DNA of 64,000 nucleotides from positions 131,753 through 195,752 of the forward strand of contig JAWKXC010000007.1 of assembly GCA_041397205.1 (NCBI GenBank), in the 5' to 3' direction. The DNA comes from Paracoccaceae bacterium (lineage in GTDB: Bacteria; Pseudomonadota; Alphaproteobacteria; Rhodobacterales; Rhodobacteraceae). Made by a program: the position numbers and the translations under genes. Positions 21,679 through 32,039 of this stretch are shown one piece after another (the first letter of the stretch is position 1; each line of letters opens with the position of its first letter). The notes under the pieces are model-generated. The model did not search any database. It had not been told where the DNA came from and saw only the letters and a program-made list of their open reading frames with translations.

Positions 21679-22623
21679 ATGTATCAAGATCCTGCGGAGC
21701 TTTCCGATCTCGACGAGACCGAACAAATCACCCGTGCGGCATGGCACTACTACAATGATGGCCTGACCCAGAATCAGATCGCCGACATGCTGGGCGTGTC
21801 ACGCATCAAGGTGTCGCGGCTCCTGGAGAAGGGTCGTCAGTCGGGGCTGATAGAACTCCGGATCAATTCGTCCTATGGCGGCTGCCTGATCCAGCAGAAG
21901 GAACTCGTCGAAGCCTTCGGGCTGGTCGATGCCAGGGTCGTCCCCACTGCGCCGGACCTTCCGGCGGCGCCGCGGATCGGGCGCGCGGCTGCGTCGCTCC
22001 TGATGCAGAAGCTCGACCCCAACGACCTGCTCGCGATCGGCTGGGGCGAGGCGACGACGACCACGCTGCGCTACATGGCGCCGGTGTTTCCGCAGTCCAA
22101 TATCTCCATCGTCAGTTTGACCGGCGGGGTTTCGGCCTATATCGGCACCACCGGCCTCTACGGCCCTCAGAACAATGCGCATCTGATCCCGACGCCGTTG
22201 CGCGTCTCGTCGGAGGACCTGGCGGAAATGCTGAGGGTGGAACCCTATGTGCGCAACGTACTCGACATGGCGGCAACTGCCCGGTTCGGCCTCATTGGCG
22301 TCGGCGCGGTGACGAGCGCCGCGACGCTGGTACGCTACGGCTATTGCTCGGCGGCCGAAATCGAACTGTTCAAGCGGCGCGGGGCGGTCGGCGACGTGCT
22401 GGGTTACTTCTACGATGCCGATGGCGAGATTCTCGATCTCGACCTGCATCGCCACGTGGTCGCCGTGCGCCCCGACGATCTGCGCAAGATCCCCAATGTC
22501 GCGGCCGCCGCGGCCGGACCACACAAGATCGACGCGATCCTCGGGATGTTGCGCGGCAAGCTCGCAAACATCCTTGTCACCGACGAGGACACCGCCACGG
22601 AATTGCTCAGGAGGCATGGATGA
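21679..22623 (+). CDS. lsrR: SorC-family repressor LsrR
   Basis: AWHYYNDGLTQNQIA, SRIKVSRLL, AIGWGE, SLTGG, LVTDE. Confidence 0.92.
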   Translation: MYQDPAELSDLDETEQITRAAWHYYNDGLTQNQIADMLGVSRIKVSRLLEKGRQSGLIELRINSSYGGCLIQQKELVEAFGLVDARVVPTAPDLPAAPRIGRAAASLLMQKLDPNDLLAIGWGEATTTTLRYMAPVFPQSNISIVSLTGGVSAYIGTTGLYGPQNNAHLIPTPLRVSSEDLAEMLRVEPYVRNVLDMAATARFGLIGVGAVTSAATLVRYGYCSAAEIELFKRRGAVGDVLGYFYDADGEILDLDLHRHVVAVRPDDLRKIPNVAAAAAGPHKIDAILGMLRGKLANILVTDEDTATELLRRHG

Positions 22624-24185
22624 GCACGCATCTTCTCGTACTCGACGCGGGCACCGGCTCGGGCCGGGCGGTGATCTTCGACCGTGACGGCCGTCAGATC
22701 GGCATGGCGCAGGAGGAATGGCTGCATCTGCCCGAAGAGGGCATCGCCGGGTCGATGCGGTTCGACGTCGAGGGCGGCTGGGCGCTCCTGCGCCGCTGCA
22801 TCGGCAAGGCGCTCAAGACCACCGGTCTCACTGGCGCCGACATCGCCGCGATCTCGGCCACGTCGATGCGCGAAGCGATCGTGCTATATGACGGCGACGG
22901 TCGTGAGATCTGGGCCGTTGCCAATGTCGACGGGCGGTCCAGCGCCGAAGTGAGCGAGCTGAAGGCGAAAGGCCCGGGTTACGAGCGCGAATTCTATGAT
23001 GTCTCCGGTGAAACCTTCGCCCTCGGTGCGCTCCCGCGGTTGAACTGGTTGCGCAAGCATCAGCCCGAGACCTTCGCCAAGGTGCGGGCGCTGTCGATGA
23101 TCAACGACTGGATCGGCGCGCGGCTCACCGGCGAGATTACCGTCGAGCCGACCAACGGCTCGACCAACGGCCTGATCGACCTCGCCACCCGCGACTGGTC
23201 GGATGCGCTGATCGCCAAGGCCGGTCTGGAGCGGTCGATGTTCCCGCGCGTGGTCGAACCCGGCGAGGTCGTCGGCCAGGTCACCGCCTCGGCGGCAGCC
23301 GACACCGGTCTCGCCGAGGGCACGCCTTTCGTCGCCGGCGGTGGCGACGTGCAGATGGGCGCACTCGGGCTCGGGCTCGTCGAGGCGGGTGAGGCCGCGG
23401 TCCTGGGCGGAACCTTCTGGCAACAGGTGGTCAATATCCCCACCGGCCTGGTCGACGAGACCATGCGGCTCCGGGTCAATTCGGCCGCGCTTCCACAGAT
23501 GAACCAGGCCGAGGCAATCAGCTTCTTCGTCGGCCTCACCGCGCGGTGGTTCCGCGACGCCTTCTGCCAGCAAGAGATCGCGCGCGCCGCCGTCGAGGGG
23601 CGCGATGCCTATGAGCTTATGGAGGATCTCGCGATGCAGGCGCCGGTTGGCGCAAACGGGATCATCCCGGTGTTCTCCGATGCAATGGATTTCGGAAATT
23701 GGTACCACGCGGCGCCCTCGTTCCTGAATCTCTCGATCGACCCCGCCATCGCCAACAAAGGCTCGATGTTTCGCGCCATCCAGGAAAACGCAGCCATTGT
23801 CGCGGCCATCAATCTGGACCGGGTCGAATCCTTTGCACAGGTCGACAGCACCGGGCCGCTGACACTCGCGGGCGGGGCGTCGAAGGGGCGTCTCTGGCCC
23901 CAGATTCTCGCCGACGTGACCGGGCGCGAGCTGCGCATCCCAGTCGTGCGCGAGGCCACCGCGCTCGGAGGCGCTGCCGCTGCCGCCAAAGGGGTCGGCC
24001 AGTTCGCGTCGCTCCGAGAGGCCGGCAGTGCCTTCGTCGCCTGGGAGCGTTCGGTCGAGCCCGACCTCGCCAACAAGCCGATCTACGATGAGGCGCGGGC
24101 ACGCTGGCAAGAGGCCTACGTCGCTCAGAAGTCCCTCGTGGACAAGGGCGTGACGACATCCATGTGGCGCGCGCCAGGGACCTGA
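22620..24185 (+). CDS. lsrK: AI-2 kinase (FGGY family)
   Basis: LDAGTGSGRAVIFD, SATSMRE, GGGDVQ, GGTFWQQ, WYHAAPSF, TTSMWRAPG; ATGA overlap with lsrR. Confidence 0.93.
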   Translation: MSTHLLVLDAGTGSGRAVIFDRDGRQIGMAQEEWLHLPEEGIAGSMRFDVEGGWALLRRCIGKALKTTGLTGADIAAISATSMREAIVLYDGDGREIWAVANVDGRSSAEVSELKAKGPGYEREFYDVSGETFALGALPRLNWLRKHQPETFAKVRALSMINDWIGARLTGEITVEPTNGSTNGLIDLATRDWSDALIAKAGLERSMFPRVVEPGEVVGQVTASAAADTGLAEGTPFVAGGGDVQMGALGLGLVEAGEAAVLGGTFWQQVVNIPTGLVDETMRLRVNSAALPQMNQAEAISFFVGLTARWFRDAFCQQEIARAAVEGRDAYELMEDLAMQAPVGANGIIPVFSDAMDFGNWYHAAPSFLNLSIDPAIANKGSMFRAIQENAAIVAAINLDRVESFAQVDSTGPLTLAGGASKGRLWPQILADVTGRELRIPVVREATALGGAAAAAKGVGQFASLREAGSAFVAWERSVEPDLANKPIYDEARARWQEAYVAQKSLVDKGVTTSMWRAPGT

Positions 24186-24199
24186 ATGGCCTCATGCTC

Positions 24200-24450
24200 C
24201 TCAAGGCGGTCGCATCGGCGAACGGCGTGGCAGAACCGCGGAGGCGTAGGTGGTGCCAACAGATGGCGCGCGATCTCTGAAGTCGGCGATCCGGTCGCGT
24301 TTGCAGGCGACCCGGACGCAGGATAGCGATGTGCCGACCACGGTGACTGGGCATTCCCGGCTACTGTCGTCCATTACGCAAAGAAGGCGAAATCGGCGGC
24401 TTTGATCCGTTTGGGCGCCTGACAATTTCAGAGCTTCTTCGGAGTGCGCA
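24200..24450 (-). pseudogene. degenerate IS3 integrase-core fragment
   Basis: RRFRLLCVMDDSSREC..VVGTSLS..RVA resembles IS3 orfB. Confidence 0.55.
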
Positions 24451-24603
24451 GTCGCAAGACAACGATGGCAGCAGGTCTGCATGACACTGCAAGCAGCGCG
24501 CCGGCTTCCGATACCAGGGAAGCGCCGGCCTGTGTCTGCTCGCGCGCCCGTAGAAAAAACAGTGGGGCAAGGCATTCTGCAATCCCCACATGACGATCGC
24601 GAG

Positions 24604-24925
24604 GGTCCGTCGGCCAACGATTTTGGACTAGCGAGCCTGATCTTGAACAGAAGGTCTGGCTCGTTTGGGTTTCAGTCTTTGCCGCTGTCTGGCGAACCAT
24701 CCGGCGGCGCTTCTCGATGGTCCCGGCTTTGATCTCCTTACGTCGTCGCAGGCTGGACTCGGCCCGGTCGAGGTAGACATCGGCAGGGGGCAGGTTGCCG
24801 AGGTTCTCGTGGTTGTGGCGGTGGTTGCAGTGGTTGACGAAACCGTCGATCGCCTGTTCGAGCGCTCCGGGCAGGTCGGATGCCTCAGGCAGGACCCGGT
24901 TCTTGAGGGTCTGATGCCAGCGTTA
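24604..24925 (-). mobile_element. degenerate inverted right end of IS3 element A
   Basis: Reverse complement aligns by eye with about 12690-13006, including gactgaaacccaaacgagccagacc and the IR. Confidence 0.8.
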
Positions 24926-24968
24926 CGCTGGCCGCCATAGCCTTGCGCAGCAATGTCCCGAGAGGCGA

Positions 24969-25260
24969 TGACGTGCTCCCCCGAGAGTCCGCGTTTATGG
25001 GTTCGCCCTGTGCAGGGTTTGGCCCTGTCTTGACCGGTGGTGATACTCCCACGGGGTGAGCCCGTCGAGGCACGTGTGGGGGGCGGTGATGATTGCAGTC
25101 GTTGCGCCAGGCCCGGATCAGGTGGCGGGCGTGGCGCAGGTTGGCGACCAGGTGCTCGTTGAGGCACTCGTCCCTCAGGCGTCCGTTGAAGCTCTCGACG
25201 ATCCCGTTCTGCATGGGTTTCCCCGGCGCAATGTAGCGCCATTCAACGCGGCGCTCTTCC
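24969..25260 (-). mobile_element. IS3-family orfB 3' remnant with IR
   Basis: [32 protein letters not shown]; end TGACGTGCTCCCCC. Confidence 0.75.
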
Positions 25261-25715
25261 TGCCCCCCTCCAGAACCCGGAGCGGAGGCCACGTCGGCGA
25301 CAGAATGGCGGAAGCCCTGGGACGGTTCCGCGGACGGAACTCGACCAGGGCCACCCTTCCGTCGGACAGGCTTGCACGCCGCCCGACCGGTCGAATCCGA
25401 GCGAAAGATCACTCCGGCTGCCAGGTGCCGGCTGCGACCTGCATGACCGGCGAACGACGCCGGCGGCTCGAACCGCCCGACTTCCGGGCTGAAGGGAAGG
25501 TCCGACGGGCAACGTCGCGGCAGAGACTGGCCCGGGAACGGGCAACGATGGCGCAGACCGCGCTGATGGGCAGGAGGACGTCGTGGGCATCGTTTTCGTG
25601 GTTGATCACTTTTCTCCAGTTGAGTTGAACTGGTGGGTAAATGATGCGGACTTTCGCCGGCCGGAAACGCAAGCGCGAAAACGCCGGAAATTTCCACGGA
25701 TCAAAGGAGAGCAGT

Positions 25716-25737
25716 CTGTCGTCCCGCTGTCGTCCCG
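25716..25737. repeat. tandem 11-mer CTGTCGTCCCG x2 (possible integrase arm site)
   Basis: Exact direct repeat about 70 bp left of the att core. Confidence 0.5.
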
Positions 25738-25806
25738 ACTAAGAACCGGACAAGGCCGAGATATCCATGGAAACACAAACTTTCCATACCTATCAGTGGC
25801 TTATAG

Positions 25807-25823
25807 TGGTGCCCGGGGGCGGA
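25807..25823 (-). mobile_element. att core: 17-nt tRNA 3' end (TCCGCCCCCGGGCACCA, Leu-like)
   Basis: T-stem 3' strand, acceptor strand and CCA only; about 140 bp from the integrase start. Confidence 0.75.
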
Positions 25824-25922
25824 ACCACCCGGAGGGAAGACCCATAGGGCACCTCGCCATAATAACATGTTTTAACATACTTTTTCCACACGATCGCCTT
25901 GACGGAGACCGTTCCGTGGGAG

Positions 25923-25945
25923 AAATGTGATACAAAATGTGATAC
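25923..25945. repeat. direct repeat AAATGTGATAC x2 (possible integrase arm site)
   Basis: Exact repeats at 25923-25933 and 25935-25945, just upstream of the integrase. Confidence 0.55.
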
Positions 25946-25965
25946 GGTTATGGGCGAGTTCCGGC

Positions 25966-27399
25966 ATGTCGAACACCTGGCTTCGAGGGAATACCTACTG
26001 GTTCCGGATGCGCCGCCCGAAGCGGTATGCGGGGGTCCACGGCGCCACGCACATCACGATGTCTCTCAAGACAGACAGTCTGCAAGAAGCGAAGGCGCTG
26101 GCAACCGTTCTGAAACGCCAGGTCATGCTGGACCTCGATGCCCGCCTGGCAGGCACAGCGGAGGCGACGGACCGGGAGGCATACGAGTCGAACCTTGCTC
26201 TTGCGAAGGCACACGGTCGCACCCACACAACGGTCGAGGACCTCGCAAACGCCCCCACCCAGCAATTCATGGAGGCGATTTCCTACGTCATGGCGAACGA
26301 CCCCAAGGCCGAGACCGCATTGTTCTCGGCCGTTTTGGGGGGCTACGACCTCCCGGGCACGACCATCTCGGAGCTGGCGGAGGATATGGAACGGCTCCTT
26401 GAGCCCGAGATCCGGGCAAAGAACCAGCGGCAACGCCGGGTCTGGAAAAACAAGTGGGTGCGCGCGGCGGACAGCTTCGTCAAGGAAGTGCAAAACAAGC
26501 CCGTCACCAGCGTGACCAAGGAAGATGCCTACAAGATCCGGCGCCATTGGAAGGATCGGGTGGTCAACAGGGAAGTCGAGACCGCCTACGCCAACAAGCA
26601 CCTCGGCTACCTCGAAACCATGGTCGACGCCTTCTATGACGACCTCGAGATAGATGAATATCCGAACCCATTCGTCGGCATCCGCCTGGAAGAGAAGCAG
26701 CCTTGGGAGGTGAAAGAGAAAGACAATACCAAACCCGAGTTCAAGCCGAACTGGATTCGGGAAACGATCATCACCCCGGGCAAACTCGACATCCTCAATG
26801 ACGAGGCGCGGGACATCCTCATTGTGATGGCAGAAACGGGCTGCCGGGCGTCGGAGGTCTACGACACCCCCGCCGCGTCGATCTACCTGGACCACCCGAT
26901 CCCGCACATTTCGATCAAAGTCGAGGTGTCGGAGATGGAGGGCTCCTCGGAGAACAACCGCGACGTCAAGACCCAAGCGTCGATCCGAAACGTTCCCCTC
27001 ATTGGCGCCGCGCTCGACGCGATGAAACGACATCCGGACGGGTTTCCACGCTATCGCGGGAATGCGAACTTCTCGAATACCGCCATGAAATACTTCCGGG
27101 ACCACAACCTCATGCCCTCGCCCGAGCACAAGATCAGCAGCCTCCGTCACAGCTTCGAGTCGCGAATGCGACGAGGTGGCATCGACAACGAAGAGAGAGG
27201 CCAGTTGATGGGACATTCCCTCAAGAAAATCCGCGGTCGAGAAGTATATGGCGACAAAACGGATCTGCAACTGCGGGCCCTGTTCACGGAAATGGTCGCA
27301 TTCCCGACGGACACCTGGAACCCACGCCCGAAAAAAGTCCTGAGAGCCGAGATCGACAGGATCCTGGAAGAAGAGGGCTACAAGCGCTCGGAAGAATGA
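25966..27399 (+). CDS. tyrosine integrase with DUF6538-like N-terminus
   Basis: RGNTYWFRMRRP; catalytic set TGCRASE, DVKT, SLRHSF, LMGH, VYG. Confidence 0.92.
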   Translation: MSNTWLRGNTYWFRMRRPKRYAGVHGATHITMSLKTDSLQEAKALATVLKRQVMLDLDARLAGTAEATDREAYESNLALAKAHGRTHTTVEDLANAPTQQFMEAISYVMANDPKAETALFSAVLGGYDLPGTTISELAEDMERLLEPEIRAKNQRQRRVWKNKWVRAADSFVKEVQNKPVTSVTKEDAYKIRRHWKDRVVNREVETAYANKHLGYLETMVDAFYDDLEIDEYPNPFVGIRLEEKQPWEVKEKDNTKPEFKPNWIRETIITPGKLDILNDEARDILIVMAETGCRASEVYDTPAASIYLDHPIPHISIKVEVSEMEGSSENNRDVKTQASIRNVPLIGAALDAMKRHPDGFPRYRGNANFSNTAMKYFRDHNLMPSPEHKISSLRHSFESRMRRGGIDNEERGQLMGHSLKKIRGREVYGDKTDLQLRALFTEMVAFPTDTWNPRPKKVLRAEIDRILEEEGYKRSEE

Positions 27400-27788
27400 G
27401 TTTCGGGCCGGTCCGGATCGCGTCAAATCCAAGCCGTAGACACTGGATGGAGCGAAGCGACCGACCGAACATGCTCCCCAATAGCCTCTGACACCATGTT
27501 CGCCCATGGCGACAATGAGAGGGTGTCGATCTGAACTGGACGTTGAAGGGACGGGACGGGGGCTTCCGGGGCGATTTCGGAGGGTCTGCGTGAAGGCGTC
27601 AAGACGAGGTGGATCCGCTGCCGGACGGTGACGCGGCTTTTTCGGTGAAGCCGCGCCACCAACCGGAGCGCACCCGAACCTGGAAAAGAAGGAGGTTGCG
27701 CTGGGACCGCGATAGGGTCTGCAAACATGAAATGGGCCTACTTGACGCGACCTCAGTCCGAGGCCGCACTTAACAGAGAGGTGCCCAG

Positions 27789-28187
27789 ATGAGGCATATT
27801 CCCGAGGCCCATTCCCTCGCCCGCCACGCGAACATCACCAGCGAGTTTATCCGCTGGCTTCGAGTCGAAGGCCATTCATTGGTCGCCGCTGCCCGCCTGC
27901 TCGGCGGTTCTGCATGGGCCAAGCGTGCCGAGGATGTCGTCAAGACAGCACGCGCCGGTCACGACGTGGCCGCGCGACGCGCCGACCTTCTCGCGCTCCG
28001 CAAGCTGCTGCACCTCGAGTTCACCTCCCAGCTCGAGAGCGGCGAAGCGCTGCGGTTTGCGTTGCCGGACCCTGATGACCCCCGAGCGGAAGAAGCGCAA
28101 CTCTGTGCCGAGGCGCTGGACCGCGGCGTTCGGGCGCTCGAAGCGCTTCGCCTGGTCGGCGTCGTGAACCTGAGGGAGACAGCATGA
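27789..28187 (+). CDS. hypothetical protein
   Basis: GAGG RBS; ATGA overlap with next ORF. Confidence 0.65.
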   Translation: MRHIPEAHSLARHANITSEFIRWLRVEGHSLVAAARLLGGSAWAKRAEDVVKTARAGHDVAARRADLLALRKLLHLEFTSQLESGEALRFALPDPDDPRAEEAQLCAEALDRGVRALEALRLVGVVNLRETA

Positions 28188-28570
28188 TGCCGACTTCGAA
28201 CATCCTTCAACCAGCCCAAGCTTGGGATGACCTCCGACTCGCGGGGCAGTGGCTCGCGCTGCTCGGCTTCAAGGTGAACGTGGCCGCCCCAACCTTCTCG
28301 CCGCTGATCTCGACATATCACGAAGTGCTGGACCCCTCCGGCGAAGAGGCCATCCGCCTGGAGGCTGCAAGCACAATGCTCTTGCACGTGCGGCGACAGC
28401 TTGTCCGCGAAGAACTTCGCGGGCAGGACGATTACGCACAGAAGCGACCGTCCGACCCCTACGGTCTCATCTGGCAAACAACCGAACGGGGCGCCGCACT
28501 CTTCATGATCGGGCGCTTACTGTCCGAGGCGATCGAGTCCATCGATGGCTCTCTGAATCCTGCCAACTGA
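28184..28570 (+). CDS. hypothetical protein
   Basis: GGGAG RBS; coupled to previous ORF. Confidence 0.65.
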   Translation: MMPTSNILQPAQAWDDLRLAGQWLALLGFKVNVAAPTFSPLISTYHEVLDPSGEEAIRLEAASTMLLHVRRQLVREELRGQDDYAQKRPSDPYGLIWQTTERGAALFMIGRLLSEAIESIDGSLNPAN

Positions 28571-28830
28571 AGGTGGCAGCCAGCGGAGACAACATGAGGT
28601 CTCCGCTGGCCATCAAGTGAGACAGATACTGATAGAGCCACGGCGCTACGTCACCGAAGCCGTCCGAACCAATGGTTGCTGAACCGTGAGTGCGGCCCTC
28701 AGTCTGTGTTTTCACTGCTCTCGTCCAAGTATAGACACTACCCTTCACCCAGGGGATATCATTGATGCTCGGCGACGCGCATGGCATATTTGACCGGCGC
28801 ACTGTGCGTTTCTCGCGTTGAGGAGCAACG

Positions 28831-29548
28831 ATGAAAGGCTTTGGCGACTATTCGGATCAGCGTCACAAGACTTGGTGCATTCACTGTGGGGGAGGTCCTG
28901 GCAAGCACTGAAACCAATCTCGATCATGTTCCATCAAAGAGTTTACTGGACCGGCCACTGCCCGATAACCTCCGACCGTTCGCATATGCCGCAAGTGCAA
29001 TGCGTCTTTCTCAAGAGATGAAGAGTATTTCGTGGCATTTATGGGGTCGCTCCTGGCAGGAACGACCGATCCGGAAAAGCAAATTGTTGGGCGGTCTGGA
29101 AGGATCTTAAGCTCAAACCACAAGCTTCAAAATGAAATAAACGCCCAACTTGTGGTTGAGAAAGGCGCAGATGGCAAAGATCGGGTAGCTCCTCATTCCG
29201 GACTTGGAACGCATCCACAATGTCGTTACCAAGAACGCGCGTGGCCACGTTCTATTCGAACACGGCCAACGAGCACAGGACGATCCAGCTCACATCTTTG
29301 TTCACCCGCTTATCACTTTGCCGCCGGACATACGCTCGGAATTCGAGACAGTAGACTATGGACCTGCCTGGCCCGAGGTGGGGAGCCGTCTAATGCAAAG
29401 GCTGGTCACCGGTGAAGACATGCGCAGCGATGGCTGGGTAATAGTTCAACCGGGAATCTACCGTTTCGCGGTCATGGACATAGGGCAGTTCGTCGTTCGG
29501 ACCGTGATCCGCGAGTATTTGGCGACGGAAGTCATCTGGAACTACTGA
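28831..29548 (+). CDS. HNH-like Zn-finger endonuclease (about 3 frameshifts)
   Basis: Reconstruction: MKGFGDYSDQRHKTWCIHCG..NLDHVPSK..TVRICRKCN..FSRDEEY..WPEVGSR..YRFAV; AGGAG RBS. Confidence 0.7.
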
Positions 29549-29960
29549 TGGCGCCGCACAAGGACGGTTGCCAATTGGCACTCGAACGACATCTTTTGAG
29601 GGCTACATCTGCCAAACTGAACCGATGTCCGACCGCCGCTCAACCGCGGTCGAAACGTAAACGTTCCTTGATGGTCCGACTACATTCCGCCCCGGGGCCT
29701 GAGAAATCCGCGTGCCACACCCATTAGACAGTCGCCGGATCAGCGCGCGATCGTCCCGGTCCAGCAATCTGTGCGGTTGCGCCAATGTCTCTGGCATTCT
29801 TGAGGAATTCCATATCGTCCTCACAGCTGCTGCTGCGGGACCCTTGTTCATTCGGATCCACGGCTCAAAGGCTACAGTTCGGCAAAGAACTGCCACGCTG
29901 CCGCCATCAAGGCAAAGCACAAAAGGGCAGATCTGGAATCCCGAAACCCTGACCAACGTA

Positions 29961-30443
29961 ATGATTGAACAAGTATCGTGCCCACATTGCGGCTCGGCAT
30001 TCACCCCAAAACGGACGAACATGAAATATTGCTCACGGCGATGCAAGAATAATCGCTGGCAGAATGAGGACCGACAAAAACAGCGCGCGAATTTAGCCAT
30101 CGCGGGGAAATCGTCAAAGAACCGCATCAATTATGAGCTCTTTGAGTCGACGATAGAATTGACTCTGCTATTCCACAGGACCCATCCGCGGGAGCGTCTC
30201 GGATATATCAAGGACTTGGTAGACGATGCGCGAAATGGCAACGCGAAGTTGCGACAGATCCTTTCCAATAAGCAACTACAGTATCCTGAAGCCGCTTCAC
30301 TCAAAAGGATGATGCGAAAGAACAACCTGGACTTGACAGTCTGTCGACGCGCAGATGCTTATTGCCGGCATTTCTGGGACGCGCCCGTTCGCGATGTGGT
30401 CTACAACAAGGTCGCAGAACCAGCGACGGGTGAAGTAATCTGA
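29961..30443 (+). CDS. hypothetical protein with N-terminal Zn finger
   Basis: CPHCGSAF....YCSRRC. Confidence 0.6.
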   Translation: MIEQVSCPHCGSAFTPKRTNMKYCSRRCKNNRWQNEDRQKQRANLAIAGKSSKNRINYELFESTIELTLLFHRTHPRERLGYIKDLVDDARNGNAKLRQILSNKQLQYPEAASLKRMMRKNNLDLTVCRRADAYCRHFWDAPVRDVVYNKVAEPATGEVI

Positions 30444-30959
30444 CCCCAGATCCGTCTGCGACCGACTCAGTTCTCGGAGTTTCAACTCAGGCACTGCTGT
30501 CTGGCCATTCCAGATCAAATCGGGTCTGCTCTAACCGTCGGAGTTGTTCAGGACATTCGGCAGCCGCCAGGTTCAATTGGCACTGTTGCGCAGAGGGAGT
30601 AGTGTGCGGGCGATGAAGAGTTGCCGCTTCGTCGAGCCGGTCCTCCATCGCTGTCAGTTGGAGTTCAGAATCGGCAAGGGGCTGGAAGCCGCGCACGCGA
30701 TGCGTTTTGTTGGTGTTGTAGTCCGCGACACTCCCACACCAACAGCCGACACCACTGTGGTGGCTCGACGGCGCCGCTTGATCGCGCCATGCTGTTGCTA
30801 CTCGGTGATCACTGCTCAAGAGCCTCAGCCATCCCCTGGAAGTCTGTTTGTGGTGTCGAGGACGGATCTCCACTTCCTCTCTCGGTTGAACCGGGTATGG
30901 CTTCTTGTGCAACACCCTGCGCCATGGACGCCGCCACGAAAACGGATAACCCAAACTCG

Positions 30960-32039
30960 ATGAATGGTTCGGGAGACACCGGAAGAGATGAACAACAGAC
31001 TGGAAAAGGGATCGTCGCCGTCGATCTCTTCTGCGGTGTTGGCGGGCTGACGCACGGACTGTCCAGTAGCGGCGTCGACGTCAGACTTGGAGTCGACCTC
31101 GATCCTGGATGTCGCTACCCATACGAACAAAACAATGATGCGGCATTCATGGAGGCCGACGTCTCCTCGCTTGATGCCGAACTGATTAGGGATCAGTTTG
31201 ATCCGTCTCGGCCCAGCCTTCTTGCAGGCTGCGCTCCGTGTCAGCCATTCTCGACCTATTCCCGGCGCAAGGACAAGACCCATCCCTCCGAAGATTGGAA
31301 ACTCGTTCATCGCTTCGGCGAACTCGTTCGCCAGACCCAACCCGATCTCGTCACAATGGAGAACGTTCCACCTCTTGCTCAACAGGGCGTGTTCCAAGAA
31401 TTGCTCGACGAACTCGAAGGCTACTCGGTGGACTGGCGGGTATTGAACTGCGACGAACTCGGCACTCCGCAGACCCGCAGTCGGCTCGTCCTCGTCGCTT
31501 CTCGTTTGGGGCCGATTTCGATCCCCGAGTTCGATCTGCCTGTGGTGACGGTGAGAGATACGATAGGCGGCCTTCCATCTGTGGCGGCTGGCGAGAAGAA
31601 CGATGACGATCCACTCCATTGTGCGAGTGGTCTAAGTGAAACGAATCTCCGCCGCATCAGGGCGTCGCGTCCCGGTGGAACTTGGCGTGATTGGCCGGAG
31701 GATCTTCGCGCCGCTTGTCACAGAAGGGATACCGGGACGAGCTATCCTTCCGTGTATGGCCGCATGGATTGGGACGCACCAGCTCCAACCATGACAACAC
31801 AGTGCTTCGGATACGGGAACGGTCGTTTCGGACATCCTGAGCAGGATCGGGCCATTACGCTCAGGGAAGCAGCCATGTTACAGGGGTTTCCGCGCGACTA
31901 CGCCTTCCTTCAAGAGGGCGAGAAGGTGAATTTCTCGCAGTTGGGACGCCTAATAGGAAACGCCGTGCCAGTTTCCCTTGGTCGCGCAATCGGTAGTATA
32001 CTTGTCGACCACGTTGCCAAATGCACCACGCAAATGTGA
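30960..32039 (+). CDS. DNA (cytosine-5) methyltransferase
   Basis: DLFCGVGG (motif I), PCQPFS (IV), ENV (VI), QTRSR (VIII), REAAMLQGFP, IGNAV. Confidence 0.95.
   Translation: MNGSGDTGRDEQQTGKGIVAVDLFCGVGGLTHGLSSSGVDVRLGVDLDPGCRYPYEQNNDAAFMEADVSSLDAELIRDQFDPSRPSLLAGCAPCQPFSTYSRRKDKTHPSEDWKLVHRFGELVRQTQPDLVTMENVPPLAQQGVFQELLDELEGYSVDWRVLNCDELGTPQTRSRLVLVASRLGPISIPEFDLPVVTVRDTIGGLPSVAAGEKNDDDPLHCASGLSETNLRRIRASRPGGTWRDWPEDLRAACHRRDTGTSYPSVYGRMDWDAPAPTMTTQCFGYGNGRFGHPEQDRAITLREAAMLQGFPRDYAFLQEGEKVNFSQLGRLIGNAVPVSLGRAIGSILVDHVAKCTTQM

Noticed and set aside
73-24110. Long alternative-frame or antisense ORFs (e.g. 73-1623, 4932-6398, 18957-20978)
   Set aside because: Arg/Pro/Gly-rich shadows of recognisable genes in high-GC DNA, with no motifs
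25807-25823. Intact tRNA gene
   Set aside because: Only the last 17 nt match; no T-loop, anticodon or D arm
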